Shown here: piece by piece, positions 49,946 through 59,947 of the stretch
Layout: every line of letters starts with the position of its first letter
Position numbering within the stretch: position 1 is the stretch's first letter
From: Longimicrobiales bacterium
Lineage (GTDB): Bacteria; Gemmatimonadota; Gemmatimonadetes; Longimicrobiales; Gaopeijiaceae
NCBI GenBank assembly: GCA_965197725.1
Contig: CBDANQ010000021.1
Location: 1-59,947, forward strand
DNA length: 59,947 nucleotides
Direction of reading: 5' to 3'
Program-made: the position numbers and the translations under genes
Notes under the pieces: generated by a model
What the model saw: only the letters and a program-made list of their open reading frames with translations
The model's database searches: none
What the model was told of the DNA's origin: nothing

Positions 49946-50872
49946 GCACTTTCTCGGTTGGGGGATTCCCGCCACAAGGTCCGTCCACGCGCTGACTCGG
50001 TGCCGGCGTCCCCACCGCGCGAGGCCGGCGACGACCCTCTGTGCCGCGCGGGGCGCAGCAAATGTCGCGGTCCCGAGCTGAACGAGCGAGGCCCCCGCAC
50101 GAGCATAGGCGACCGCGTCCTCCGCGGCCAGCACCCCACCGACGCCAAGGAGCGGCAGGTTCGTCGCCTTCCGAGCCTCTTGCACCGCCCTCAAGCCGAC
50201 CGGTCTGAGCGCGGGACCACTCACTCCCCCCAGCCCTGCTCCCAACTCGGGCTCGCCCGTATCACCGCGTAGCAGGATACCGGGGAGAGTGTTCACGAGC
50301 GTGAGTCCATCGGCACCCGAGTCGGTGGCGACGCGCGCGGTCCCGGCCAAGTCCGGGTCATTCGGGGTCAACTTGGCGAGAAGCGGCCGCTGGGTTCGCG
50401 CCCGGCACCCCGCGAGGATCTCGGCGACGGCCGTGGCGTCGAGCGCGAAGGGCGGTCCTCCTCGCTTGGCGTCGTTGGGGCACGACAAGTTCACCTCGAA
50501 GCCTAGAAAGCCGTCTTCGCCGTCGAGGCCCTCGATCAGCTCGAAGTACTGCTCGACCGTATGACCAGCGAGACTCACGAGGACCTGAGCGTTGCGCACG
50601 TTGCTTCGTAACCAGGGCAGCTTGTCACGCTTGGTACCTGCGAGGCCTGGATTCGTGAGACCGATGGAGTTGAGCATCCCCCCGCCGAACTCGGTCACAC
50701 GGGGCGCCGCGTTCCCTTCGCGCGGCTCCACCGTCACTGACTTGGTGACGAAGCCGCCGAGCGATTCCAGATCGACGACCTCACTCACCTCTTGACCGAA
50801 ACCGCACGTGCCTGCCGCCAGAAGCACCGGATTTTGGAAGCGGACGCCGAACAGCTCGGTCTCCAACCTCAT
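49946..50872 (-). CDS. pyrD: Dihydroorotate dehydrogenase family 1 catalytic subunit (no stop before pyrF)
   Basis: NP...AAGT, TKS, LNSIGLTNPG, EVNLSCPN, KLTPN, GGVSG. Confidence 0.92.
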
Positions 50873-52200
50873 CGGTTCTTCATCTCCCTCAGCCGCAGCG
50901 CCAAATCCTCCTCGAGCGCTTCGAAGCCCGGCGCGGGCGCGCCCCGGGCGGCCAGAACGTAAGGGCTCACGGCATGCGTCTCCAGACGCCCCAGGAGCCA
51001 GGCACGGTCGGTGTCGTCGGACGCAACGGCGAGCGCCGCAAGCAGTGCCTTCGGCACCCAAGGATCGTCCGGATCGGCGTCGGCATAGGCGAGGAACAGG
51101 CCTCGTGCCAACGGACGCGCCTCCAGGTCGTCCCGCGCGATCTCAGCCGCCGCAAACCACCCGAGCGGATCCGTTAGTCCCAGGCTCGTGAAGTCGTCGA
51201 GCACGCCCAAAGCGTCGAGCAGCGGCGCCACACCCTGATGTTCTTCGGCAGGCAACAGGATCTCCTCAACCTCCACGAGCGCGGCGAGGTCATATGCCAG
51301 TTCCAGGCGCCACCGCGCGATTTGGACCCGCGCCTCGGCAGCTGCCACCCCTACCCCGCGCGCGACGGCCCATGCGGCTGCGCTGGCCGCGGCGGTGTCA
51401 CCCCCCCGATGGAACAGGCGAGCCCTGCCGAGCGCGATCCGACCACGCCCGGCCCTTCCCCAGCGCGCGGTATCCGCGCCCGACAGGAGCCTCGCAACCC
51501 CGCCTGGACTCCATTCCTCCGCGGCTCGGTTGGCGAGCGCGACTACCGTATCCAGCCGCTCCCCGGCTTCCGAATACGAGAGCAAGAGCGTGAAGGCCTC
51601 TCCCGCGCGCGGGCGCTCATCGTAATGGATCGCCCAACGCAGTCGGGTCAGCGCTGCCTCGACGCGAACGCGCCGGTCGAGCTGCCGCGCTCGATCCAAG
51701 TCGGACCACGCGTTGTCCGCCTGGCCTTGGGAGAGCAGGATCTGACCGCGAAGCAGGTGCGCTTGGGCCAGAGCGGGTCCGACGCTCAATCCGCTCAACG
51801 CACGATTGACGAGGGGTAGCGCAGCTTGCAGGTCCCCGGATTCCACGTGCGCGAGGGCGAGGTAGACGAGGACCGCGAGGCGCATCTCGGCATTCTCCGA
51901 CCGCTCCGCCGCCTCCTCTAGCGCCGCACGCGCGGCTCTGATCTCGCCGAGGCGAAGGCGCGCTCGGCCGAGCAGGAAGCGCGCATCATCCCCCCATTCC
52001 CCTTCCGGGTCTCTGCGGTACCCACGGGCAGCCTTCCGGACCACATCTTGGTACCGTTGGCTCGCGAGCGAGTCGCGACCGGCTCGGCGATGAGCTTCCG
52101 CTTCGTCGTAGGACCGCTCCGCGTTGTAGATGGCGTTGTAGTACGCACACCCACTTGTAAAGAGCATGACGCCGAGCAAGCCGGCGCCGCGCCGGCTCAC
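50869..52200 (-). CDS. TPR-containing lipoprotein
   Basis: Lipobox FTSGC followed by AYYNAIYNA; helical repeats. Confidence 0.75.
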   Translation of the reverse strand: MSRRGAGLLGVMLFTSGCAYYNAIYNAERSYDEAEAHRRAGRDSLASQRYQDVVRKAARGYRRDPEGEWGDDARFLLGRARLRLGEIRAARAALEEAAERSENAEMRLAVLVYLALAHVESGDLQAALPLVNRALSGLSVGPALAQAHLLRGQILLSQGQADNAWSDLDRARQLDRRVRVEAALTRLRWAIHYDERPRAGEAFTLLLSYSEAGERLDTVVALANRAAEEWSPGGVARLLSGADTARWGRAGRGRIALGRARLFHRGGDTAAASAAAWAVARGVGVAAAEARVQIARWRLELAYDLAALVEVEEILLPAEEHQGVAPLLDALGVLDDFTSLGLTDPLGWFAAAEIARDDLEARPLARGLFLAYADADPDDPWVPKALLAALAVASDDTDRAWLLGRLETHAVSPYVLAARGAPAPGFEALEEDLALRLREMKNR

Positions 52201-53540
52201 ACGCCGTCTCCCGGTCCTCCGGTTCCGCTGCCTGGAGGGTACCGCTCGAAGAACCTGACGACTGCGCGGGTGATCGATCTCGCGGCTTCATCCTGAAAAG
52301 TGGGTTGGCCGAGCAGCGGCCCCTCGTCCTCGTTCGACAGGTAGCCGACCTCGACCAGCACAGAGGGCATCAACGCGTTGGTGAGTACCGCGAGCAGGCC
52401 CTGCTTCACGCCACGGTTTGGGCCCGGATGGAACTTGGCCATCTCCGTCTGGACCATCTCAGCGAGCATCGAAGACCAGTGTTGATGATCGAGAGCCTTC
52501 AGCTCCCGCAGGATGAATTCGAGGTCGGGCTCCGCATCCGCGTCAACGGCCTGCCCCCCGGCGCTCAGAGGCGCATTCTCGATTGCCGAGACCCTACGCT
52601 CGTGATCGTTTCTCGCTTCGGCCAAGAAATAGGTCTCGAATCCGCGCGCCGAGCGGTGGGTCGGAAACGAGTTCGCGTGGATCGAAATGAAGACTGCGGG
52701 GCGGTCCTCTTTCCATTCGGTCGCGAGATCGCCGCGGTCCCAGATCGGCACGAACGTGTCGTCGTCCCTCGTGAGATACACCTCGAAGTCGGGCTCGCGC
52801 TCGAGCAGGTCGGCGATCGCTCGCGCGATACCCAGAGCGACGCTCTTTTCGCGGACTCCTCTCAGGCCGAGAGCTCCCGGATCACCCCCGCCGTGCCCGG
52901 CATCGACCACCACGACCCGCGGACCCTCGTAGCGTCCCGCACCAGGCCCCGCGAGGGGCGGCATTCCGATAGTCACAGGCGCCGCACCGGCCGTGTCCGT
53001 CCCTTCCCCGATCGAGTCAGAACTCCCTGGCGTCTCGGTGCCCGGACGCAACCGCACCACGGTCGTGCCAGGCCAATCCTCGGCCTGCGCGGCCTGCAGT
53101 GTCAGAGTGGGCCCGTCGAAGGAGTACAGCTCAGGCAAGCGCTTGGGGAGGAAATCCGCGAGCAGCTGGACCGGAACCAGGGTCTCTCCGGCGTCGCGAT
53201 ATGGAACGTCCGCGAGCTGTAGCACCTCGTCGTCCCAGGTGAAGAATGGAGATCCGATCGTGAGTGACATCGCGACCCCGTACGGTCCCAGCATCGCGAT
53301 CGCCCCGTCGAGCTCCGCCACGGCCCAACCGAGTTCCTCGAAGAGCGTCAGGCGGACCGCGGCGAAGCCCATTTCGAGATCGAGTGCCCGCACGTCCACG
53401 GCGCCTTCGGCACGCTCGATCGTCAGCTCAGGGACCCCCTGACCCACGAGCGGACGCACCGCCACCGTGGCAAGAAGCGTCACGACGACAAGCCCAATGC
53501 GTCCCACCACATCTCGCCTCATCGGACGCTCATCTGTCAT
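52197..53540 (-). CDS. N-acetylmuramoyl-L-alanine amidase (Amidase_3)
   Basis: DAGHGG.DPG, EK, LTR, SIHAN, VLVEVGY. Confidence 0.93.
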   Translation of the reverse strand: MTDERPMRRDVVGRIGLVVVTLLATVAVRPLVGQGVPELTIERAEGAVDVRALDLEMGFAAVRLTLFEELGWAVAELDGAIAMLGPYGVAMSLTIGSPFFTWDDEVLQLADVPYRDAGETLVPVQLLADFLPKRLPELYSFDGPTLTLQAAQAEDWPGTTVVRLRPGTETPGSSDSIGEGTDTAGAAPVTIGMPPLAGPGAGRYEGPRVVVVDAGHGGGDPGALGLRGVREKSVALGIARAIADLLEREPDFEVYLTRDDDTFVPIWDRGDLATEWKEDRPAVFISIHANSFPTHRSARGFETYFLAEARNDHERRVSAIENAPLSAGGQAVDADAEPDLEFILRELKALDHQHWSSMLAEMVQTEMAKFHPGPNRGVKQGLLAVLTNALMPSVLVEVGYLSNEDEGPLLGQPTFQDEAARSITRAVVRFFERYPPGSGTGGPGDGV

Positions 53541-54007
53541 CGAGCCTCCATCGCGCGTTTCGCCTCCAAGTCTTGCTGGCTCCGCTTCAGGTCCTCGCGC
53601 TTGTCGTACAACTTCTTTCCGCGGGCGAGCGCCAGGCCGACCTTGGCATAGCCCCGCAAAAAGTAGATCTCCAGCGGGACGATCGTCAGCCCTTTCTCTT
53701 TGATCTTGCCGACCAGACGCCGGATCTCCTGACGGTGCAAGAGGAGTCGCCGGGCGCGGACCGGATCTACGTTGAATCGGTTCGCCTGTTCGTAGGGGCT
53801 GATGTGCACGCTGTGCAGCCACAACTCCCCGCGTTGCACACGCGCGTGCGCGTCCTGGAAGGAGACGTTCCCGGCTCGCAGAGACTTCACTTCGGGACCC
53901 TTCAGCTCGATACCGGCCTCGAACGTCTCGAGGATTTTGAACTCGTGCCGAGCCTTTCGATTCCGTGCGACAACCTTTCTCCCCGGCTCGGACGCATCGC
54001 GGGCCAT
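53537..54007 (-). CDS. smpB: SsrA-binding protein
   Basis: NRKARHE, EAGIEL.GPEVKSLR, GKKLYDKR. Confidence 0.97.
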   Translation of the reverse strand: MARDASEPGRKVVARNRKARHEFKILETFEAGIELKGPEVKSLRAGNVSFQDAHARVQRGELWLHSVHISPYEQANRFNVDPVRARRLLLHRQEIRRLVGKIKEKGLTIVPLEIYFLRGYAKVGLALARGKKLYDKREDLKRSQQDLEAKRAMEAR

Positions 54008-54009
54008 CG

Positions 54010-54615
54010 TCAGAAGACCAGGACCGGTGTACCGATGTCGACCATGTGCATCAGCGTGCGCGCGGCCTCGTTGGTGAGCCGGATGCAGCCGTGCGACACG
54101 CGCCGCGCTTCCGGGTCGGGGTCGAGCAGCAACTCAGGCTGACTCGTCCCGTGAATCGCGATGCCGTCGCCGAGGTAGATCGCGGTATTTCCCATCACGC
54201 CCGGCATGAGACGAGAAGGATCGTTGTCGGGCGGAATCGGAAGGCCCGCCTCGACGAAATGCCAGTCGGGCGCCTCCCAGAGAGGATCCTTTTCCATGCG
54301 CTGGATCCGGAACAGCCCGCGCGGTGTCGAGAACTTCCACCGATGTCGCTCGGTGTCGAGCCGGAATCCGGTGCCTGTGCCGGCCGGTGCCGACCAAAGC
54401 GAGCGGGCTCCTTCGAAGACGAACACGCGATTCTCCGCCAGATGCACCACGACGTATGGGCCGTGGTGCCGCACGAGGGGACGATCGGCCACGACCTCGC
54501 GTTCTACCGCATCCCAGGAGAACGAGAAGTCGCCGTTGCCGGAGTCGAAGAGCTGAGCGGACGCGGGCTGGGTCATCGCCGCAATGCCCGCGGCGTACAC
54601 GATCAGCCTTCTCAC
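54010..54615 (-). CDS. L,D-transpeptidase (YkuD family)
   Basis: TPRG, AIHGT...SHGCIRL. Confidence 0.9.
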   Translation of the reverse strand: MRRLIVYAAGIAAMTQPASAQLFDSGNGDFSFSWDAVEREVVADRPLVRHHGPYVVVHLAENRVFVFEGARSLWSAPAGTGTGFRLDTERHRWKFSTPRGLFRIQRMEKDPLWEAPDWHFVEAGLPIPPDNDPSRLMPGVMGNTAIYLGDGIAIHGTSQPELLLDPDPEARRVSHGCIRLTNEAARTLMHMVDIGTPVLVF

Positions 54616-55496
54616 GGCGCGGCCTCGAAGCTCATCACTCCTGCTCGACTCGCGTTTCGCATGGTGTATACCTGGGCTACTTCGCCGCCCAAAATAAACA
54701 CTATCGCCCCGTAATAGATCCAGAAAAACAGCACCGCGACGGTTGCGAGATTCCCGAGCGCGGATCCGTAGTCCGCGATCTCCGTCGCGTACCAGGAAAA
54801 GCCCCATTTGAGGGCCTCGTGCAGGAGCGCGGAGAACGTCGCCGCGACCCACGCGGTCCGCCAGGGAATCCGGCGTGCCGGCAGGTATCGGTAAGCGATG
54901 AGGAAGAGGGTCTAGATGGAGCCGAGCGCGAGCCCGTGCCCGAGCAAGCGCTCCACAAGCGAGAACGTGTTGCCATCGACGCCGACGATCCCGACGCCGT
55001 AGTCCATCGTGGCCTCGAACGCTACGGTCACTCCCAGGTTCAGCGTCAGCAGTGAGACGCCAATCAGGACCGCCTGGATATCGAAGAGCTTGCCCATCAG
55101 GACTCCGCGCTGCTGTCCGATGTCGAAGATCTCCCGGAGAGCGATGCGTAGGGTTGCGACGAGCCTGGTGCTGATCCAGACGAGGAAAAACGCGCCGAGC
55201 ACCGTGAAGCCCGTGCGTCTCTCGACGAGCGAGGACACGGGTGTACGAAACGCCTCGACAAGCGCGACCCCGTCGCCGGCTTGGGGAAGGTTGTCCGCAA
55301 CGAGCGAGAGCACCGCGTCCGTCGGGTCACCGAAGCGAGCGCTGAGCATGTACCCGGTAAGCCCAATGCCGAGGATCAAGAGCGGCACGAGCGCGACGAG
55401 CACGTTGAAGGCGATCGCGCCGGCCATGAAGAAGACTTCATCCTCGGCGGACTTCTGCCAGACGCGGCGGAGGAACTCCCAAAGGGAGGGGATCAG
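54612..55496 (-). pseudogene. YihY/BrkB family membrane protein with in-frame TAG at 54912-54914
   Basis: AGAIAF..P, YRYLP, YGSALG, WIYY..I.ILGGE; the frame continues past the TAG to TGA at 54612. Confidence 0.8.
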
Positions 55497-55921
55497 TCGC
55501 CTGCCTCCGCGTCTTCGTCACCCTCGGCACCGGCGACGGTTTCCCGAGCGGCGTCGATGCCCGCGCGATACGCCGCCTTGGAGGTCTCGAGTTTCTTCTC
55601 GAGCTCGCCGCGCGCCTCGCGCGCGGCCTCGCGGCCAGCGTCCAACGCGCTCTTGACCGACTCAACCCGCTCTTGCACACCCTCTCGAGCGACGTCCAAC
55701 CGCTCCTCCAGCTGTTTCTGGGCCTCGCGCATCCGCTCCTCGGCGGTACCGCGAAGACGCCGCGCGCGCTCCTTCAACTCTTCCTGCGTCTCCGCCCCCG
55801 ACTTGGGGGCGAACAGCAACGCCAACCCCGCACCCACGAGCGCTCCTATGACGAAGGAGCCGACCTGGCTGCTGCCATCTTTTTCGATGACGATGTAGGG
55901 AACCTCGTCGTGATCACGCAT
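55493..55921 (-). CDS. YtxH domain-containing protein
   Basis: FVIGALVGAGLALLFAPKSG.ET followed by coiled coil. Confidence 0.88.
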   Translation of the reverse strand: MRDHDEVPYIVIEKDGSSQVGSFVIGALVGAGLALLFAPKSGAETQEELKERARRLRGTAEERMREAQKQLEERLDVAREGVQERVESVKSALDAGREAAREARGELEKKLETSKAAYRAGIDAARETVAGAEGDEDAEAGD

Positions 55922-56031
55922 GCCTGCCTCCCCGCCATTCTCAGCCGGGCTCGAAATGACCCCAACTCTCGATTCGAATCTAACGGCGCCGGCACGAGCT
56001 ATCTACCAGTCCGACCATGAGTTGCAAGCGC

Positions 56032-57420
56032 TCACAACACCCAACGCCGGTCGGCCTCGGCGATCTCGGGGGCTGGCACACCGCTTCGCCCCATGAGCCC
56101 ATAGGTGAGTTGTTTCCCGAGCTCGACGCCAGGCTGGTTCATCGGATCCACGCCGTAGAGTGAACCCGCGAGCACGGTGGCGACCTGCAACAGCATTATG
56201 AGTTGGCCGAGCGCTTGGGCGTTGACGGTGGGTAGGTGGATCGTCGCATTGGGACGCCCCGCACGCCGCAGGGCCTCGGCCGTCGCGGTGCGCTCCGCGG
56301 CCAGCAACTCACCGAGGGAGTGACCGCCGAGGTACGACAGCGCGTCGATTTCGGAATGCCGCCCCGGGATGCGCACGGAGGCCTCGGGATTGTCGACTCC
56401 GATAAACAGCACGACCTTGTCGGCCGGGCCCTCCATCAGCAACTGGAGTAGCGAATGCTGATCGGTCGCACCCAGCGCGGCGAGCGGTGTCGGGCCGGTG
56501 GGCTTGTCTTCTCCAAAAAGCGTCGTGCTCTTGCCCAGGCTCTCGGCCCACAGCTGTTGGAACCAGAGCGCGGTCGAGCGCAGCCGGTCCGCATAAGGCA
56601 TCATCACATGGATCGGACGACCTTGTCCCGTGTCCGCGTGGTGCAACAAACACGCGAGCATTCCCGCCGGGTTCGAGTTCAGCGCGTTCGAGCGGCACCG
56701 GGACTCCATCTCGGCCGCTCCCGAGAGCAACGCCCCGATGTCGGCGCCGCACACCGCGGCAGGCAGAAGTCCGACCGGCGAGAGGACCGAAAAGCGCCCA
56801 CCCACGTTGTCCGGCACGGGCAGCATCGCAATCCCGTCGGCGTCGCCGATCTGCCGCAGCGGGCCAATGGTGGAATCCGTCGTGAAAAGGAAGTGGCTCC
56901 TCGCCTCGTCCGGTCCCACGAGTGCATCGAGCCGCTCACGCACCACCAGGTACTGAGCCATCGTCTCTGCGGTGGCGCCTGACTTGCTGACGACGTTGAA
57001 GAGCGCTCGAGCGGGGTCGATTCGCTTCATCAGGCACCGGAAGGTGTGCGGGTCCGGATTGTCCAGAACGTGAAGCCGGGGAAACTGGTCACGCTCCTCA
57101 GCCGAACGCTGATTCCAGAACGGTCCCAGCAAGGCGTCGCGCAATGCGATGGCGCCGAGGCCCGAACCACCGATCCCGAGCACCACGATGTCATCGAACG
57201 ATTGGCCGAATCGGTCCGCCACTTCGGTGACCCGCTCGGCGCTATCGGTCGCATACGGAAGATCCAGGAAGCCCAGGTCGCCTTCTTCGCGCCAGGCGGA
57301 AACCGCGGCGAGCGCCGCCTCGAACGCCGACGCCATGCGAGCCGACAGCGCGCTCGGATCGACACCGCCGGGCAGGCGCGGCGCCATGAAGTTGCCGTAG
57401 TCGAGCCGGATCGCTTCCAC
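56032..57420 (-). CDS. pgi: Glucose-6-phosphate isomerase
   Basis: GIGGS.LG, SKSG.T.ET, GGRFSV, QLWAESLGK, DQHS, QPGVELGK. Confidence 0.96.
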   Translation of the reverse strand: MEAIRLDYGNFMAPRLPGGVDPSALSARMASAFEAALAAVSAWREEGDLGFLDLPYATDSAERVTEVADRFGQSFDDIVVLGIGGSGLGAIALRDALLGPFWNQRSAEERDQFPRLHVLDNPDPHTFRCLMKRIDPARALFNVVSKSGATAETMAQYLVVRERLDALVGPDEARSHFLFTTDSTIGPLRQIGDADGIAMLPVPDNVGGRFSVLSPVGLLPAAVCGADIGALLSGAAEMESRCRSNALNSNPAGMLACLLHHADTGQGRPIHVMMPYADRLRSTALWFQQLWAESLGKSTTLFGEDKPTGPTPLAALGATDQHSLLQLLMEGPADKVVLFIGVDNPEASVRIPGRHSEIDALSYLGGHSLGELLAAERTATAEALRRAGRPNATIHLPTVNAQALGQLIMLLQVATVLAGSLYGVDPMNQPGVELGKQLTYGLMGRSGVPAPEIAEADRRWVL

Positions 57421-58199
57421 TAGTCGATCTCCACGGTCAAACCGTCATACGCCGGCAACACGCCGTCGGGCAGACGCGCCTCGAGCTCCGCGTGCGTTAC
57501 CCTGTGAGTGAGGTGCGTCAGATAGGTCCTCGCCGCGCCGACCTCCCGTGCGGCCTCGATCGCTTCTTCGACATTGAAGTGCGACGGATGAGGACGTCCG
57601 AACCAGAGAGCGTTCAGCACCAGCACATTGACTCCCTCGAGAGCCGCAAGCGTCTCGGGCGGAAGGCTCTTGCCGTCCGTGATGTACCCGAGGCTACCGA
57701 CACGGAAGCCATACACCGAGCTCGGGCCGTGAGGCACCTCCAAGGGCATGAAGTCCTGACCTATGATCTCGACTGGCCGGCCCGCCTCGATCTCCTTGAG
57801 TTGGACCCGTGGTTTCGAGCTGCCCGTCGGGGGTTCGTACGCGTCGTCGAAGATGTATTGGAAGTAGCGCGAGATCATGGGCCGGTACTCCGACGCCACG
57901 TACGCGGGCAGGTCACGCCGTCCACGAACTGTAAAGATCCGCACGTCGTCGATGCCGTGCACATGGTCGGCGTGCAAGTGCGTGAACCACACGGCCTCGA
58001 TATCGGAGATCCCGGAGGCGAGCAGTTGCAGACGGAGCTCGGGCGGCGTGTCGACGAGCAGCCGCCGTCCACCGACGTCGACCACCGCGCCGTGGCGTGT
58101 GCGTCGGTCCCGGGCATCGTCTGAAGTGCAGGCGTTGCAGTCGCACCCCACGACCGGGACGCCGAAAGAAGTGCCGGTACCGAGAAAGGTCAGCTTCAA
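57420..58199 (-). CDS. MBL-fold metallo-hydrolase (PhnP-like)
   Basis: LGTGTS.GVP..GC.C..C, THLHADH, TH.TH. Confidence 0.9.
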   Translation of the reverse strand: MKLTFLGTGTSFGVPVVGCDCNACTSDDARDRRTRHGAVVDVGGRRLLVDTPPELRLQLLASGISDIEAVWFTHLHADHVHGIDDVRIFTVRGRRDLPAYVASEYRPMISRYFQYIFDDAYEPPTGSSKPRVQLKEIEAGRPVEIIGQDFMPLEVPHGPSSVYGFRVGSLGYITDGKSLPPETLAALEGVNVLVLNALWFGRPHPSHFNVEEAIEAAREVGAARTYLTHLTHRVTHAELEARLPDGVLPAYDGLTVEID

Positions 58200-58210
58200 G
58201 AGAGGTCAGC

Positions 58211-59637
58211 TCAGAGGCGTTCGAGGCGCATCGTGTTCGTCGATCCGGACTCATGGAACGGGAAGCCGGAGGTGACCGCGACGGACGCGCCCGGTTCACC
58301 GACGCCGCTGTCCAGCACGCATTGCCGTCCGAACTCCACCTGGCGCTCGTAGGTCATCTCGAGTCGCTCGGCCAGCACGGGGCGGACCCCCCACACCGCG
58401 GCCAAGTGGCGATGCGTGTGCGCGTCAGGGGTGACCGCGAAGACCGGCACCGTCGGCCGGTACGACGTGACGAGGCGGGCAGAAAAGCCCGACTTCGTGA
58501 GCACGATGATCGCGGGAGCATTCACCTGGCGGACCGCATCCACGGTCGCTGCCGCGACTGCGTGCTCGCGTGGAGAAGCGCCGCCGCGCGAGTGCAGCCC
58601 GGGACGCGTCAGGTAACGTGGCCCACGCTCCAGGAACCCGCTGCGCTCGATCTCGGTGCCGATATTCACGATCGCCTCGAGCGCGTTCAGCGGGAATTTT
58701 CCCACGGCGGTCTCGCCGGACAGCATGACAGCATCGGTTCCATCGAGAATCGCGTTCGCGACGTCGGAGGCCTCCGCGCGGGTGGGCCGCGGATGCCCGA
58801 TCATGGACTCGAGCATCTGCGTCGCGGTGATGACCGGCCGAGCGTAGAAGTTCGAGAGTTGGATGATGCGTTTTTGCGCGAGCGGTACGCGCTCGAAAGG
58901 GAGCTCCACCCCGAGATCGCCCCGAGCAACCATCACGGCGTCCGTCTCGGGTAGGATCTCCTCGATCGCGCGCAACGCCTGGACTTTCTCGATCTTAGAC
59001 ACGACCAACGCCCGGTTCCTCACGCGAGCCTTGAGGGCGACCACGTCGTCGGCACGCCGCACGAACGAGAGTGCGATGTACTCGACACCCTCTTCGAGGG
59101 CGAAGTCCAGGTCGGAGAGGTCCTTTTCGGTAAGGGGAGGGGTGGAGGGGCACGCAGGTTGACCAACGGCAAGTTGATGCCCTTGCGGGGCTTGAGCAGA
59201 CCTCCCCGAACCACCTCCAGCCTGGTGCGATCACCCTCCGCGCCAGTGCAACGGAGTTCCAACAGACCGTCGTCGAGCAGCACCTGGTCCCCGGGCTGGA
59301 TCTCCTCGGCGAGTGGCGCATACGTCGTCGGGATTTCTCCCCCGGTGGCACTCTTCTCCGGAGCCATCACCACGGTCTGGCCGGCCTCGAGCCGCAACGG
59401 AGCTTCGAGCTCGCCCACACGGATCTTCGGACCCGAGAGATCGACCATGATGCCGACTGGACGTCCTACTTCCCCGGAAGCCGCACGCACCGCGGCTATC
59501 GAGGCCCGATGATCGTCGCGACTCCCGTGCGACATGTTCACGCGCGCCAGATCCATGCCCCGCTTCACCATTTCGAGGATCACCTCGGGTGAGGAGCTCG
59601 CGGGGCCCAGGGTGCAGACCACCTTGGTACGGAGCAT
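58211..59637 (-). CDS. pyk: Pyruvate kinase, frameshifted at ~59133-59150
   Basis: TKVVCTLGP, NMSHG, DLSGPKIR, KIE, MVARGDLG, ATQMLESM, MLSGET; two frames, net +2. Confidence 0.92.
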
Positions 59638-59805
59638 GAATCGCTACCAGGAGAAGGGGCGACGCGGTCCCGCCGGCGGCGGGTCCACGAATTGTGGTCT
59701 CCACCCGGAGGGGGGGCAACACCCCTGGGGTGGCGCCCGACGGCCCGCGCCGTTTCTTTTTTCGCGCTGTTCGTTTTCATTGTGACGTAGGGACGCCGCA
59801 GGCGC

Positions 59806-59947
59806 ATGAGCTATATCCATATCGAAAGCGACAGCGACGCCAGCGGCCTAGCGGACGACCTGCGCTCGGGGGGGCGCATCGCGCTCGACTGCGAGGCGGC
59901 GGGCTTCCATCGCTACGCGGACCGGCTCTGCCTCGTTCAGGTCTCGA
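59806..59947 (+). CDS. rnd: Ribonuclease D-like 3'-5' exonuclease (5' part)
   Basis: IALDCEAAGFHRY.DRLCLVQ ExoI motif. Confidence 0.8.
   Translation, partial: MSYIHIESDSDASGLADDLRSGGRIALDCEAAGFHRYADRLCLVQVS

Noticed and set aside
54912..54914. Pyrrolysine or genome-wide TAG recoding
   Set aside because: TAG ends many intact genes in this window (hpt, cdaA, ileS); a single nonsense change is simpler
1..59947. CRISPR array, cas genes, rRNA or prophage structural genes
   Set aside because: No regularly spaced repeats or recognisable motifs found by eye

Overview
High-GC bacterial chromosome segment; the gene content and protein style suggest Gemmatimonadota (inference). Two housekeeping blocks surround a decaying accessory region. 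Left block (+ strand): GDPD-tilS-hpt-ftsH-cdaA, exbB-exbD-exbD-tonB, a class IIC group II intron inserted after the tonB terminator, yggS-divIVA-PNP-ileS-rluA, and a translationally coupled operon of a tandem-DnaA-like AAA+ protein, a DUF4388/MshEN/TPR protein, a zinc peptidase and a sigma54 response regulator. Accessory region (~24.6-47.3 kb): a chimeric CBM9/adenylate cyclase-TPR locus; a USP plus truncated tyrosine integrase ending at tRNA-Val(TAC); two inverted IS1182-like copies bracketing vsr, a nonsense-mutated C5 methyltransferase and a truncated unknown gene (possible Druantia type II-like defence remnant); an IS256 with an 8-bp TSD; and an integrase-less ~8 kb island bounded by a 43-bp repeat of tRNA-Thr(TGT) carrying a TBDR-ECF-anti-sigma-PAP2 module. 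Right block (- strand): cysS, in-frame fused pyrD-pyrF, TPR lipoprotein, amidase, smpB, L,D-transpeptidase, yihY (nonsense), YtxH, pgi, MBL hydrolase, pyk (frameshift), then the start of rnd on +. The window opens inside a third IS1182-like copy nested in an IS21 istA. Many frame lesions occur; some may be assembly errors. All protein calls are from motif recognition by eye, not database searches.
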